Origin: Micavibrio sp.
GTDB lineage: Bacteria > Pseudomonadota > Alphaproteobacteria > Micavibrionales > Micavibrionaceae
Assembly (NCBI GenBank): GCA_012960155.1
Contig: DUBU01000010.1
Coordinates: 8,417 to 26,361 of the forward strand
Reading direction: 5' to 3'
DNA: 17,945 nt
Of the stretch, positions 7,800 through 16,289 are shown in pieces. The notes under the pieces are model-generated. The model ran no database searches, was not told the DNA's origin, and saw only the letters and a program-made list of their open reading frames with translations. Made by a program: the position numbers and the translations under genes. The stretch's first letter is position 1; each line of letters begins with the position of its first letter.

Positions 7800-8708
7800 T
7801 TATAGCGGTTCCTCCCCTTTAACCTGCATAGCTTTTTTGCGCTGTTCACGCCACAAGATAAATAGGTTTGCGCCAATCACGATTGTAGCCCCAATCCAAA
7901 TATTGGCCTCGGGCCAATCGCCATAGAGTACAACACCAAAGAATGCGGCCCAGATCAGACCCGTAAATTGTATTGGTGTTAAGATGGCCGCCTGTGCCAT
8001 GGCAAGGCCATGTGTTTTCAGGAATTGCTGAGCTAGGCCTGCTGTGCCGACTATGAAGATAATGCCACAGGCTGTTAGGCTTGGCAGGTGTCCGCCAAAG
8101 GGCATATATAATCCAGTCAGGACTGTGCCGATGACCATGAACCAGAAGACAGTTGTCATTGAATCTTCTGTTTTGCCGAGTTCGCGTAGATAGACCGATA
8201 CCAGTGCGATGGTGGTGGCAGCGCCGATACCGAAGAAATAGCCTGTGAGTGTTTCACTGCCTTCGGGCGATGATATCACCATTACCCCAATAAAGCCGAC
8301 CAGTACGGCGCACCAACGCGGCAGGCCGACACGTTCGCCGAGCATTGGTACGGAGAGTGCTGTTACAATCAGAGGGGCTGCATATAGAATGGTGGTGGCG
8401 TCAGCGATGGGCAGATATTTATAGGTATGGAAGACTAGCACAACGCTCAGCGTGCCTAGGACAGATCTGTAAACATGAGATATCGGGCGTTCCGTTTTGA
8501 CGCGATGCCAGTCACGCTTGATTGTTAGAAAAGCGCAGATGAACACGAGTGCCACTATGTTTCGGTAGAAGACGATTTCGATCGGGTCATGTACTTCGCT
8601 TAGCAGTTTTGCGAAGCTGTTCATTACGATGACCATAAATGTGGCGCCAGCGTAGAATGCTGCGCCTTTCATTGTATTTTGAGAATAACGCATGGCGGCA
8701 TTAAACAC
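7800..8708 (-). CDS. EamA/DMT-superfamily (drug/metabolite transporter) permease with 10 predicted transmembrane segments.
   Basis: Two repeated 5-helix halves with the hydrophobic periodicity of EamA domains (e.g. ...YRNIVALVFICAFL... and ...IWAAFFGVVLYGDWP...). The track start at 8708 is a GTG. In-frame ATGs at 8693 (MRYSQ...) and 8672 (MKGAAFY...) are alternative starts. Confidence 0.85.
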   Translation of the reverse strand: MFNAAMRYSQNTMKGAAFYAGATFMVIVMNSFAKLLSEVHDPIEIVFYRNIVALVFICAFLTIKRDWHRVKTERPISHVYRSVLGTLSVVLVFHTYKYLPIADATTILYAAPLIVTALSVPMLGERVGLPRWCAVLVGFIGVMVISSPEGSETLTGYFFGIGAATTIALVSVYLRELGKTEDSMTTVFWFMVIGTVLTGLYMPFGGHLPSLTACGIIFIVGTAGLAQQFLKTHGLAMAQAAILTPIQFTGLIWAAFFGVVLYGDWPEANIWIGATIVIGANLFILWREQRKKAMQVKGEEPL

Positions 8709-8808
8709 CTTTGCTTCTGGAAGGGGAAGGAAAAAGGCTGATGTTTGACTTTTGTGAGTGCACTCTATTTAACTGCGTGTGTGTAAAAACTTTAAACTAG
8801 GAAAGACT

Positions 8809-9147
8809 ATGAAACAGATTTCACGATATTTTTTGATGGCGACATTGGCGCTTACAATGAGTGCCTGCGCGGCAACATCGCAGGAGCCGACTTTTGGCGA
8901 GAAGCTGCAAGGTCAGGGTACTGAAGTCGAAAAGATCGGCAAGGACTGGTCAAAGGGCGAAGATATGGTTCTGGAGGGGCAGAAGCTTGTAAAGGACGGT
9001 AAGGAAGAGATTAAACGCGGCGAGAAAATCATCAGTAAAGGTGGAAAGAAAGTCAGTAAGGGCGAGAGCCTGATTAAAGACGGTAAGCGTTTGATGTCCC
9101 GTGCTGAAGAAGCGTATGACAGCCACAATGCCGTGACGACACAATAA
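8809..9147 (+). CDS. Lys-rich lipoprotein built of tandem heptad repeats [LIV][LIV]KxG[EK]x.
   Basis: AGGAAAG RBS then ATG at 8809. The track ORF 8779..9147 starts at a non-ATG codon. Lipobox LTMSAC. The mature part is DWSKGED/MVLEGQK/LVKDGKE/EIKRGEK/IISKGGK/KVSKGES/LIKDGKR/LMSRAEE, with Gly every 7 residues from position 50 to 92. Confidence 0.7.
   Translation: MKQISRYFLMATLALTMSACAATSQEPTFGEKLQGQGTEVEKIGKDWSKGEDMVLEGQKLVKDGKEEIKRGEKIISKGGKKVSKGESLIKDGKRLMSRAEEAYDSHNAVTTQ
8944..9090 (+). repeat. Seven tandem 21-nt (heptad) coding repeats inside the lipoprotein gene. They are degenerate at the DNA level.
   Basis: The peptide period of 7 (G at residues 50, 57, 64, 71, 78, 85, 92) is seen directly in the translation. 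DNA units share aaaggacggtaag-like cores. Confidence 0.6.
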
Positions 9148-9149
9148 AT

Positions 9150-9182
9150 AAAAAAGGGCGCTAGATTTAAGCGCCCTTTTTC
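9150..9182. terminator. Bidirectional Rho-independent terminator serving the convergent lipoprotein (+) and ilvC (-) genes.
   Basis: AAAAAGGGCGC-tagatttaa-GCGCCCTTTTT has a 6-bp GC stem with an A-run 5' and a T-run 3', so it reads as hairpin plus U-tract on either strand. It sits exactly between the two stop codons (9147 and 9199). Confidence 0.7.
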
Positions 9183-9198
9183 AAATCTGTTTTTCAAA

Positions 9199-10293
<1,095 letters not shown>

Positions 10294-10327
10294 TTAAGCG
10301 TTGGATTTCCTAGCCTATCTAGTAGAA

Positions 10328-10354
10328 CAGGTTTACCACATAATGGTAAACCTG
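10328..10354. other. Perfect 11-bp inverted repeat CAGGTTTACCA-cataa-TGGTAAACCTG between the lipoprotein gene stop and the ilvC start.
   Basis: Seen in the sequence. No U-tract follows on the minus strand. It is either an RNA stem-loop at the 3' end of the upstream gene or a dyad operator in the ilvC 5' region. Confidence 0.35.
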
Positions 10355-10388
10355 CCCAAGAATTATAGGATAAAAGCAAGATTATTAC

Positions 10389-10808
10389 TTACTCATAGAG
10401 CGCTTCACGCACCGCGTCTGTGATCTTCATGAAGTCTTGTGCGCTACCGACAATATCATTACCTGACTTGCCGATCATTTGCTCGCCAATACGCAGTTGG
10501 TAGAAGGATGCCGTGTAGCCCATTTTCATGAATCCAAAGCTTTCTTCGAATGTACATTCATATTGGTTTTTCTCTTCCAGCCAGCCATCAACTGTAATGG
10601 TGTGAAGTGTTACGTGGCGGTAGCCGTTGCCGACAGGTGACGGAGAGGAGTCGATGCTTTCAATGCGGTCGATCTGCATACCGTCGCCTAAGAACTCATT
10701 TACAGCTGCTTTACAAGCATTGCCGAGCTTAACGTCGGCTTGTTCTCTGTTGACACATCCTGTTAAGGCCAATGAAAGCATGGCGACTAGGACAAGGTTC
10801 TTTTTCAT
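10389..10808 (-). CDS. Hypothetical lipoprotein (139 aa) inserted between ilvH and ilvC.
   Basis: Signal peptide plus lipobox MKKNLVLVAMLSLALTGC. No recognised family. Confidence 0.7.
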   Translation of the reverse strand: MKKNLVLVAMLSLALTGCVNREQADVKLGNACKAAVNEFLGDGMQIDRIESIDSSPSPVGNGYRHVTLHTITVDGWLEEKNQYECTFEESFGFMKMGYTASFYQLRIGEQMIGKSGNDIVGSAQDFMKITDAVREALYE

Positions 10809-10856
10809 GGCAGCGGGACTCCTGATAATATTTTGGCCATTTTGAAATCTGATATT

Positions 10857-11402
10857 TTATTCGGTCACTGTGGTTTCGCCGCGAGAAATTGCCGCGACTC
10901 CTGTACGACTGATGTCTATCAATCCTAGCGGCATCATCAAATCAACGAAAGCATTAATTTTCTCTGACGTACCAGTTACTTCGAATACAAAGGACTCAAG
11001 GGTGCTGTCAACGACGCGGGCACGGAAGATATCCGCGATACGCAGCGCTTCGATACGTTTGTCGCCTTTGCCGCTAACCTTGATGAGCGCTAATTCACGC
11101 TCTACATGAGGGCCTTCAAGGGTGAGGTCGGCGACTTTGCGCACGGGCACAAGTCGTCCAAGGTGATTTTTGATCTGTTCGATCACCATCGGCGTGCCTG
11201 AACAAACGATCGTAATGCGTGACAGGTGCTTTTTGTGATTTACTTCGGCCACGGTTAGGCTGTCGATGTTATAGCCGCGGCCAGAGAACAGGCCGATAAC
11301 GCGCGCCAATACGCCCGGTTCGTTATCAACGACGACCGATAAAGTGTGGCAGGATGCGCTTTGTTCTACCGGGCCGATGCCGTATACGCTCTGATTGCTC
11401 AT
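10857..11402 (-). CDS. ilvH: Acetolactate synthase small (regulatory) subunit with an ACT domain.
   Basis: HTLSVVVDNEPGVLARVIGLFSGRGYNIDSLTV...ITIV... is the ACT-domain signature of IlvH/IlvN. The gene lies immediately downstream of the large subunit. Confidence 0.9.
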   Translation of the reverse strand: MSNQSVYGIGPVEQSASCHTLSVVVDNEPGVLARVIGLFSGRGYNIDSLTVAEVNHKKHLSRITIVCSGTPMVIEQIKNHLGRLVPVRKVADLTLEGPHVERELALIKVSGKGDKRIEALRIADIFRARVVDSTLESFVFEVTGTSEKINAFVDLMMPLGLIDISRTGVAAISRGETTVTE

Positions 11403-11482
11403 GGTGTGATATACCGTGGTTTAAATAATTATTTCATAGTTTTAGCGTGAACACGACGTAGTGTCTATATGCTATTACCGAC

Positions 11483-13291
11483 CTAAACGAGACCCTGCGC
11501 GAATTTCTCTGCGTCCGCTGCCAAGATCATTTCGTTATGGGCAGCACCTGACGGGATCATCGGGAAACAGTTTTCCTTCGGATCAACATTGACGTCGACC
11601 ACAGTGACGCGGTCAGTGCTGAGCATTTCCTTGATCACGTCATCCAGCTCGCTTGCTTTTGTCGCGCGTAGGCCGATACCGCCGAAGGCTTCGGCCAGCT
11701 TTACAAAGTCAGGCAGGGCTTCGGAGTAGGAGTGCGAGTAACGCTCGCCATGCAGCAGTTCTTGCCATTGACGCACCATGCCCATCCACTGGTTGTTCAG
11801 GATAAAGATTTTTACGGGCAGCTTATGTTGCACGGCTGTCGAGAGTTCCTGAATATTCATCTGGATACTGGCTTCGCCTGCCACGTCAATCACCAGCGCA
11901 TCAGGATGCGCGACTTGCGTGCCGATGGCCGCAGGCAGGCCGTAGCCCATCGTGCCAAGACCACCACTGGTCATCCAGCGATTTGGCTTGTTGAAGTGCA
12001 GATATTGTGCCGCCCACATCTGGTGCTGGCCAACCTCTGTGCTGATGAAAACATCTTCGCGGCCATGCAAATGGGCTTGCAGGCGCTGCAGGGCGTATTG
12101 CGGCTTGATGATATCGCCTGTTTGCTTGTAAGCCAGACAGTCTTCGGCGCGCCATTTATCGATGCGTTCCCACCAGCGTTTCAGATCAGCGCCTTTGGAT
12201 TTGTACTCTTTGGCTTTCCATTCCTTCATCATGGCTTCGAGTGCTATACCCGCATCTGCCGTAATCGCCAGATCAACCGCGATGTTTTTGTTGATCGAAC
12301 TAGGGTCGATATCAACGTGGATTTTCTTGGCATTCGGGCAGAACGCATCGGTGCGCCCTGTTACGCGGTCATCAAAACGCGCGCCGATATTAATCACCAG
12401 ATCGGATTGATGCATGGCGTGGTTGGCTTCGAATGTGCCATGCATGCCCAGCATACCCAGCCACTGCTTTTCCTTGGCAGGGAATGCGCCCAGACCCATC
12501 AGGGTGCTGGTGATTGGGAAGCCTGTTGTCTTGACGAATTTGGTTAGTGCCTTACACGCATCCTCGCCCGCATTGATCACGCCGCCGCCTGTATAGAAGA
12601 CTGGCTTTTTGGCCTTGGCCATCATCGCTACGGCACGTTCGATATTCTTTTGCTGCGGGTTAATCTTTGGCTGATAAACGCGGTATTTTTTGGTCTCCGG
12701 CTTCTTATATGTACCTTGCGCGAATTGTACGTCCTTCGGAATATCAACCAGCACAGGGCCGGGTCTGCCTGTACGCGCAACGTGGAAAGACTCATGCATG
12801 ATGTCGGCGAGTTTGTTTACATCGCTGACCAGATAATTGTGTTTTGTGCAGGGGCGGGTAATGCCTGTCGTGTCGGCCTCTTGGAAGGCATCGTTACCTA
12901 TCAGGAATGTCGGTACTTGCCCTGAAATGCACACCACAGGAATGGAGTCGAGCAGGGCATCGGTTAACCCTGTGACAGCGTTTGTTGCCCCCGGGCCAGA
13001 GGTCACCAGAAACGCGCCGACCTTACCTGTTGAGCGGGCGTAACCCTCAGCAGCGTGCGCCGCGGCCTGTTCGTGACGCACCAGAATATGACGGATTTTC
13101 TTTTGCTTGAATAGCTCGTCATAGATCGGCAGCACAGCACCGCCCGGATAACCGAAGATCGTGTCCACGCCCTGATCAATCAGCGCTTGAATTACGATGC
13201 CCGCACCTGTCATGGCTTCGGGCGCTTTTTCAGTTTTTGTCTTTGTGTCTTTGGCGTCTTTGCTTTTTGCTTTTGTTTTGGTCTGGGTCAT
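11483..13291 (-). CDS. ilvI: Acetolactate synthase (acetohydroxyacid synthase) large catalytic subunit, ThDP/FAD-dependent.
   Basis: GAGIVIQALIDQGVDTIFGYPGGAVLPIYDEL... N-terminus. ThDP-binding region ...GGLGTMGYGLPAAIGTQVAHPDALVIDVAGEASIQMNIQEL... The track ORF carries a 26-aa Lys/Thr-rich extension (MTQTKTKAKSKDAKDTKTKTEKAPEA) ahead of the canonical MTGAG at 13213. Neither candidate start has a good Shine-Dalgarno sequence. Confidence 0.95.
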   Translation of the reverse strand: MTQTKTKAKSKDAKDTKTKTEKAPEAMTGAGIVIQALIDQGVDTIFGYPGGAVLPIYDELFKQKKIRHILVRHEQAAAHAAEGYARSTGKVGAFLVTSGPGATNAVTGLTDALLDSIPVVCISGQVPTFLIGNDAFQEADTTGITRPCTKHNYLVSDVNKLADIMHESFHVARTGRPGPVLVDIPKDVQFAQGTYKKPETKKYRVYQPKINPQQKNIERAVAMMAKAKKPVFYTGGGVINAGEDACKALTKFVKTTGFPITSTLMGLGAFPAKEKQWLGMLGMHGTFEANHAMHQSDLVINIGARFDDRVTGRTDAFCPNAKKIHVDIDPSSINKNIAVDLAITADAGIALEAMMKEWKAKEYKSKGADLKRWWERIDKWRAEDCLAYKQTGDIIKPQYALQRLQAHLHGREDVFISTEVGQHQMWAAQYLHFNKPNRWMTSGGLGTMGYGLPAAIGTQVAHPDALVIDVAGEASIQMNIQELSTAVQHKLPVKIFILNNQWMGMVRQWQELLHGERYSHSYSEALPDFVKLAEAFGGIGLRATKASELDDVIKEMLSTDRVTVVDVNVDPKENCFPMIPSGAAHNEMILAADAEKFAQGLV

Positions 13292-13330
13292 GGTTTCGGG
13301 TCTAAACCTGTGTTGTTGATCGGCTGCGCA

Positions 13331-13376
13331 CTTTTCAAAAAATAAGCCCGCTTAAATGTTCTAAGCGGCGCTTATT
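13331..13376 (-). terminator. Intrinsic-terminator-like hairpin in the ilvI 5' leader. Candidate transcription attenuator, or alternatively a distal miaA terminator.
   Basis: Minus-strand RNA is AAUAAGCGCCGCUUA-gaacauu-UAAGCGGGCUUAUU followed by UUUUGAAAAG: a 14-bp stem with one bulge plus a U-run. It lies ~45 nt upstream of the 13291 ATG. A second hairpin GGCGAAA...UUUCGCC lies just upstream and could be an alternative structure. Confidence 0.45.
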
Positions 13377-13575
13377 AAAATACCCTAAAGGCGAAAGCTT
13401 TAACACACTCTCTTTTCGCCGTTCACCCGGCTTGGGGCTTCCGTCTTTGTGATATGGCTTCATTAAGCCAAAAATTGCGGCGCTGCGTCAAGGGAAAAGC
13501 AATTAAATTACAAAAATTGAAATATTATTATAATTAATGATAATTTTGTATGGGTGCCATGCATTTGGGGCATGG

Positions 13576-14478
13576 CTAGGCTTGGCTTTTAGCTCTTATC
13601 TGATTGCGCAGCCATGTTAGCTGGCGTTTGGCGTAGTTGCGGGTTTCTTGTTTGGATTTGTCGACGGCGTCTTCCCATGACATTTCATCGCGTAGATAGG
13701 CGCGTAGCGGGTGGAAGCCCAAGGCGTGGGTGACAAGGGCGGTTTCAGGTACAATGCCGTCATCGATCAGCGCGGTTAAATGGCGCACTTCATCCAGCGC
13801 GCCGTTTTCGATCATGATGTCAAAGCGCGCTTCGCATCTTGCGTATAGTTCGTCGCGGGGCATGTCGATGAAATGGTATTCGAATTCCCAGCTATCATCA
13901 GGCGGGCCGCTGGTCGGGAGTTTTTGCCATTCGGCGAGGGATTTTCCTGTAGCCTCGAAGACTTCATAAGCGCGGATCAAACGCTGGGTGTCGTTCGGGT
14001 GCAGGCGGTCTGTCATGACCTTGTCTTTGGTGGCAAAGTCCGCGTGGAAGGCAGGGTTGCCGAGTTCTTTTTGGAGGGCAATGATCTTGGCGCGGATTTC
14101 GGGCGGCACCTCGGGAACGGGCGATAGGCCTTCGGTCAGTGCCTTAAGGTAAAACCCCGTGCCGCCAATGACGATGGGCAGCTGCCCGTTTGCGTGTGCC
14201 TTGTTGATTTCTTCTGTCGCCATTTCGCGCCACATCTGCGCGGAGCATTCTTCTTGCGGTTTGAGAACGCCATAGAGCCTATGCGGCGCTTGTGCTTGCT
14301 CTTCTGCCGAAGGGTGCGCGGTTAGCATATGCATGACATCATAAAGCTGCATTGAGTCAGCATTTATAATGACGCCGTATTTTTCTTTTGCGATTTTCAG
14401 GGCGAGGGCGGATTTACCGCTGGCCGTCGGGGCATAAATAATGACGACAGGCTTTTTATCTTGGGCATCTGTCGTCAT
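13576..14478 (-). CDS. miaA: tRNA dimethylallyltransferase (tRNA isopentenyltransferase).
   Basis: P-loop PVVIIYAPTASGKSALAL, the IINADSMQLY motif and the GGTGFYLKAL motif are all canonical MiaA. Confidence 0.95.
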   Translation of the reverse strand: MTTDAQDKKPVVIIYAPTASGKSALALKIAKEKYGVIINADSMQLYDVMHMLTAHPSAEEQAQAPHRLYGVLKPQEECSAQMWREMATEEINKAHANGQLPIVIGGTGFYLKALTEGLSPVPEVPPEIRAKIIALQKELGNPAFHADFATKDKVMTDRLHPNDTQRLIRAYEVFEATGKSLAEWQKLPTSGPPDDSWEFEYHFIDMPRDELYARCEARFDIMIENGALDEVRHLTALIDDGIVPETALVTHALGFHPLRAYLRDEMSWEDAVDKSKQETRNYAKRQLTWLRNQIRAKSQA

Positions 14479-14511
14479 TACAATTCACTTATATGGCTAT
14501 CGTATTTGTGA

Positions 14512-15987
14512 TTATTTCAAGCGTAGCGCCACAAAGCGTACGTCATTATCGCGGTTCACCAGCAGTAGCACGGATGAACGGCCACCTTTCTCGGCTTTCT
14601 CGATAATGTCTTTGGCTTTGACGGCGTCTTCGACGGTCTTTTGATTGATCTCTACAATCACGTCACCGGCAGACAAGCCTTTTTCAGCGGCTTCTGACAT
14701 CGGTGTTACGTCGCTGACCAATACGCCGTTTGTTTCGTCATCAATATTATATTGTTCACGATCCATTGGCAGAATATCGCGCATGACAAGGCCTACACTG
14801 TCTACTGTAAGGCCATCTGATTTAGGCTCTTCACGTGGCTTTTCTGTAACCAGGCCTTCTTCTTCGGCTTTTTCAAGTTCACCGATTTTGACTTTGGCTT
14901 TGTGCTCTTTACCGTCGCGCCAGTATGTTACGCTGGCTTCCTCACCGATTGGTGTCTCTGCAACAACGCGGGGCAAGTCACGCATTTCGTTGATTTTCTT
15001 ACCATTGAAATCAAGGATGATATCGCCTGCTTCAAGACCTGCAGCTTCGGCAGGGCCGTCTTTAGTCGTGCTGGCAACTAGTGCGCCTTTGGAGCCTGAT
15101 AGACCCAAACTATCTGCGATTTCGTCAGTAACGCTTTGGATACGGACGCCAAGCCAGCCGCGTCGTGTGCGGCCGAATTCGATCAGCTGGCGGATAACGG
15201 GTTTGGCCAGGTTTGACGGAATGGCAAAGCCGATACCGACTGAGCCGCCTGATGGAGAGAAGATCGCTGTGTTAATACCGATTACTTCGCCTTTCAGGTT
15301 GAACATCGGGCCGCCGGAGTTACCACGGTTAATCGAGGCATCTGTCTGGATGAAGTCATCATAGGGGCCGGATTGGATATCGCGCTGCTGGGCAGATACG
15401 ATACCAGCTGTCACAGAGCCGCCCAGACCGAACGGGTTACCGATGGCGATGATCCAGTTACCGATGCGTAGCTCGTCACTATTACCGAACGGCACGGCAA
15501 CCATTGCGTGGTCAGTCTGGATTTTCAGAACAGCCAGATCGATTTTTTCGTCGCGGCCGATAACTTCGGCTTCGACTGTAACATCGTCATGGAATGTGAC
15601 GCGTACTTCATCAGCGTCTTTTACAACGTGGTTGTTTGTGACGATGTAACCGTTTTCAGCATCAATCACAAAACCGGAACCTAGAGAAGCAGGTGGTACG
15701 GCGGGCATGCCCATGCCACGACGATCCATGAATTCTTCAAAGAAATCTTCGAATGGTGAGCCCGGCGGGAAATGCGGCATGTCAGGGAAATCTTCGACTT
15801 CAACAGGCTTATGTGTTGAGGAGATGTTGACCACAGACGGCAGAAGTCTTTCTGCCAGATCCGCAAAGCCGTCAGTACCGACGACAGCTTCTTTTTGGGC
15901 GTTTGCTGTGCTGATGCCGATGGGCGTCGCCAGCGTAAACAAAGTCAAGGATAGGATAATCAGCAGATTACGCATCTTAGTCACCAT
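14512..15987 (-). CDS. degP: Periplasmic serine endoprotease of the DegP/HtrA (Do) family: a trypsin-like domain plus two PDZ domains.
   Basis: Signal peptide. Catalytic motifs TNNHVV (His), DLAVL (Asp) and GNSGGPMFN (Ser). Two PDZ-like regions (..GALVASTTKDGPAEAAGLEAGDIILDFNGKKI.. and ..GVLVSDVTPMSEAAEKGLSAGDVIVEINQKTV..). The second ATG at 15975 (MRNLL...) has a GGTGA Shine-Dalgarno and may be the true start. Confidence 0.9.
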   Translation of the reverse strand: MVTKMRNLLIILSLTLFTLATPIGISTANAQKEAVVGTDGFADLAERLLPSVVNISSTHKPVEVEDFPDMPHFPPGSPFEDFFEEFMDRRGMGMPAVPPASLGSGFVIDAENGYIVTNNHVVKDADEVRVTFHDDVTVEAEVIGRDEKIDLAVLKIQTDHAMVAVPFGNSDELRIGNWIIAIGNPFGLGGSVTAGIVSAQQRDIQSGPYDDFIQTDASINRGNSGGPMFNLKGEVIGINTAIFSPSGGSVGIGFAIPSNLAKPVIRQLIEFGRTRRGWLGVRIQSVTDEIADSLGLSGSKGALVASTTKDGPAEAAGLEAGDIILDFNGKKINEMRDLPRVVAETPIGEEASVTYWRDGKEHKAKVKIGELEKAEEEGLVTEKPREEPKSDGLTVDSVGLVMRDILPMDREQYNIDDETNGVLVSDVTPMSEAAEKGLSAGDVIVEINQKTVEDAVKAKDIIEKAEKGGRSSVLLLVNRDNDVRFVALRLK

Positions 15988-16080
15988 TTTCGATGTTGGT
16001 TGGAATGAAGTATCGTAATCAAATTAGGATGTTATCGGTGCGGGGTCAACCGCTCAGAGTCTAATCAGCGACGGTAAAAT

Positions 16081-16287
16081 TTATTGGCTGATCATACGTA
16101 AACCCCAGACAATCATGACACCGAATGCAGCCATGATCATGCCCATTTGTCTGAACTGTGCAGGGGTGATTGTTAAGGCGCAGGCCATCATACGGCGCAT
16201 ACCTTCGGGGAAGATCGCATAGCAAAGACCTTCGATGACGATGGCCATTGCTATGCCTGTAAATATATAGAGCGCAAAATCACTCAT
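16081..16287 (-). CDS. Small two-transmembrane membrane protein, DUF2065-like.
   Basis: ALYIFTGIAMAIVIEGLCYAIFPEGMRRMMA...MAAFGVMIVWGL resembles the IEGL.YA.FP..MRR motif of DUF2065 proteins, which usually sit between hflC and degP in alphaproteobacteria. It starts 2 nt after the upstream stop, so the two genes are probably translationally coupled. Confidence 0.6.
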   Translation of the reverse strand: MSDFALYIFTGIAMAIVIEGLCYAIFPEGMRRMMACALTITPAQFRQMGMIMAAFGVMIVWGLRMISQ

Positions 16288-16289
16288 GA

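Noticed and set aside
11732-12547. 271-aa plus-strand ORF, plus others at 11901..12155, 12162..12410, 12414..12596, 12650..12925 and 12837..13043.
   Set aside because: All lie antisense inside the acetolactate synthase large-subunit gene. That gene has unmistakable ThDP-enzyme motifs and these are shadow ORFs of it. Their translations are low-complexity and Arg/His/Cys-rich.
13292-13480. Looked for a classical Ile/Val/Leu-rich leader peptide to support ribosome-mediated attenuation of ilvIH.
   Set aside because: The only ORF spanning the terminator (43 aa, starting at an ATG inside the putative -10) has no run of branched-chain codons. I therefore report the terminator-like structure and not a classical leader-peptide attenuator.
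13556-13576. Hairpin GCCATGC-atttggg-GCATGGC abutting the miaA stop, considered as a miaA terminator.
   Set aside because: On the minus strand it is followed by an A-rich and not a U-rich tract, and it overlaps the stop codon. Too weak to call.
14645-15364. 239-aa plus-strand ORF, plus 15443..15649, 15707..16018, 13730..13969, 13873..14127 and 14441..14644.
   Set aside because: They lie antisense to degP and miaA, which have clear catalytic motifs. Their Ser/Pro/Arg-rich translations are typical of the reverse strand of a coding region.
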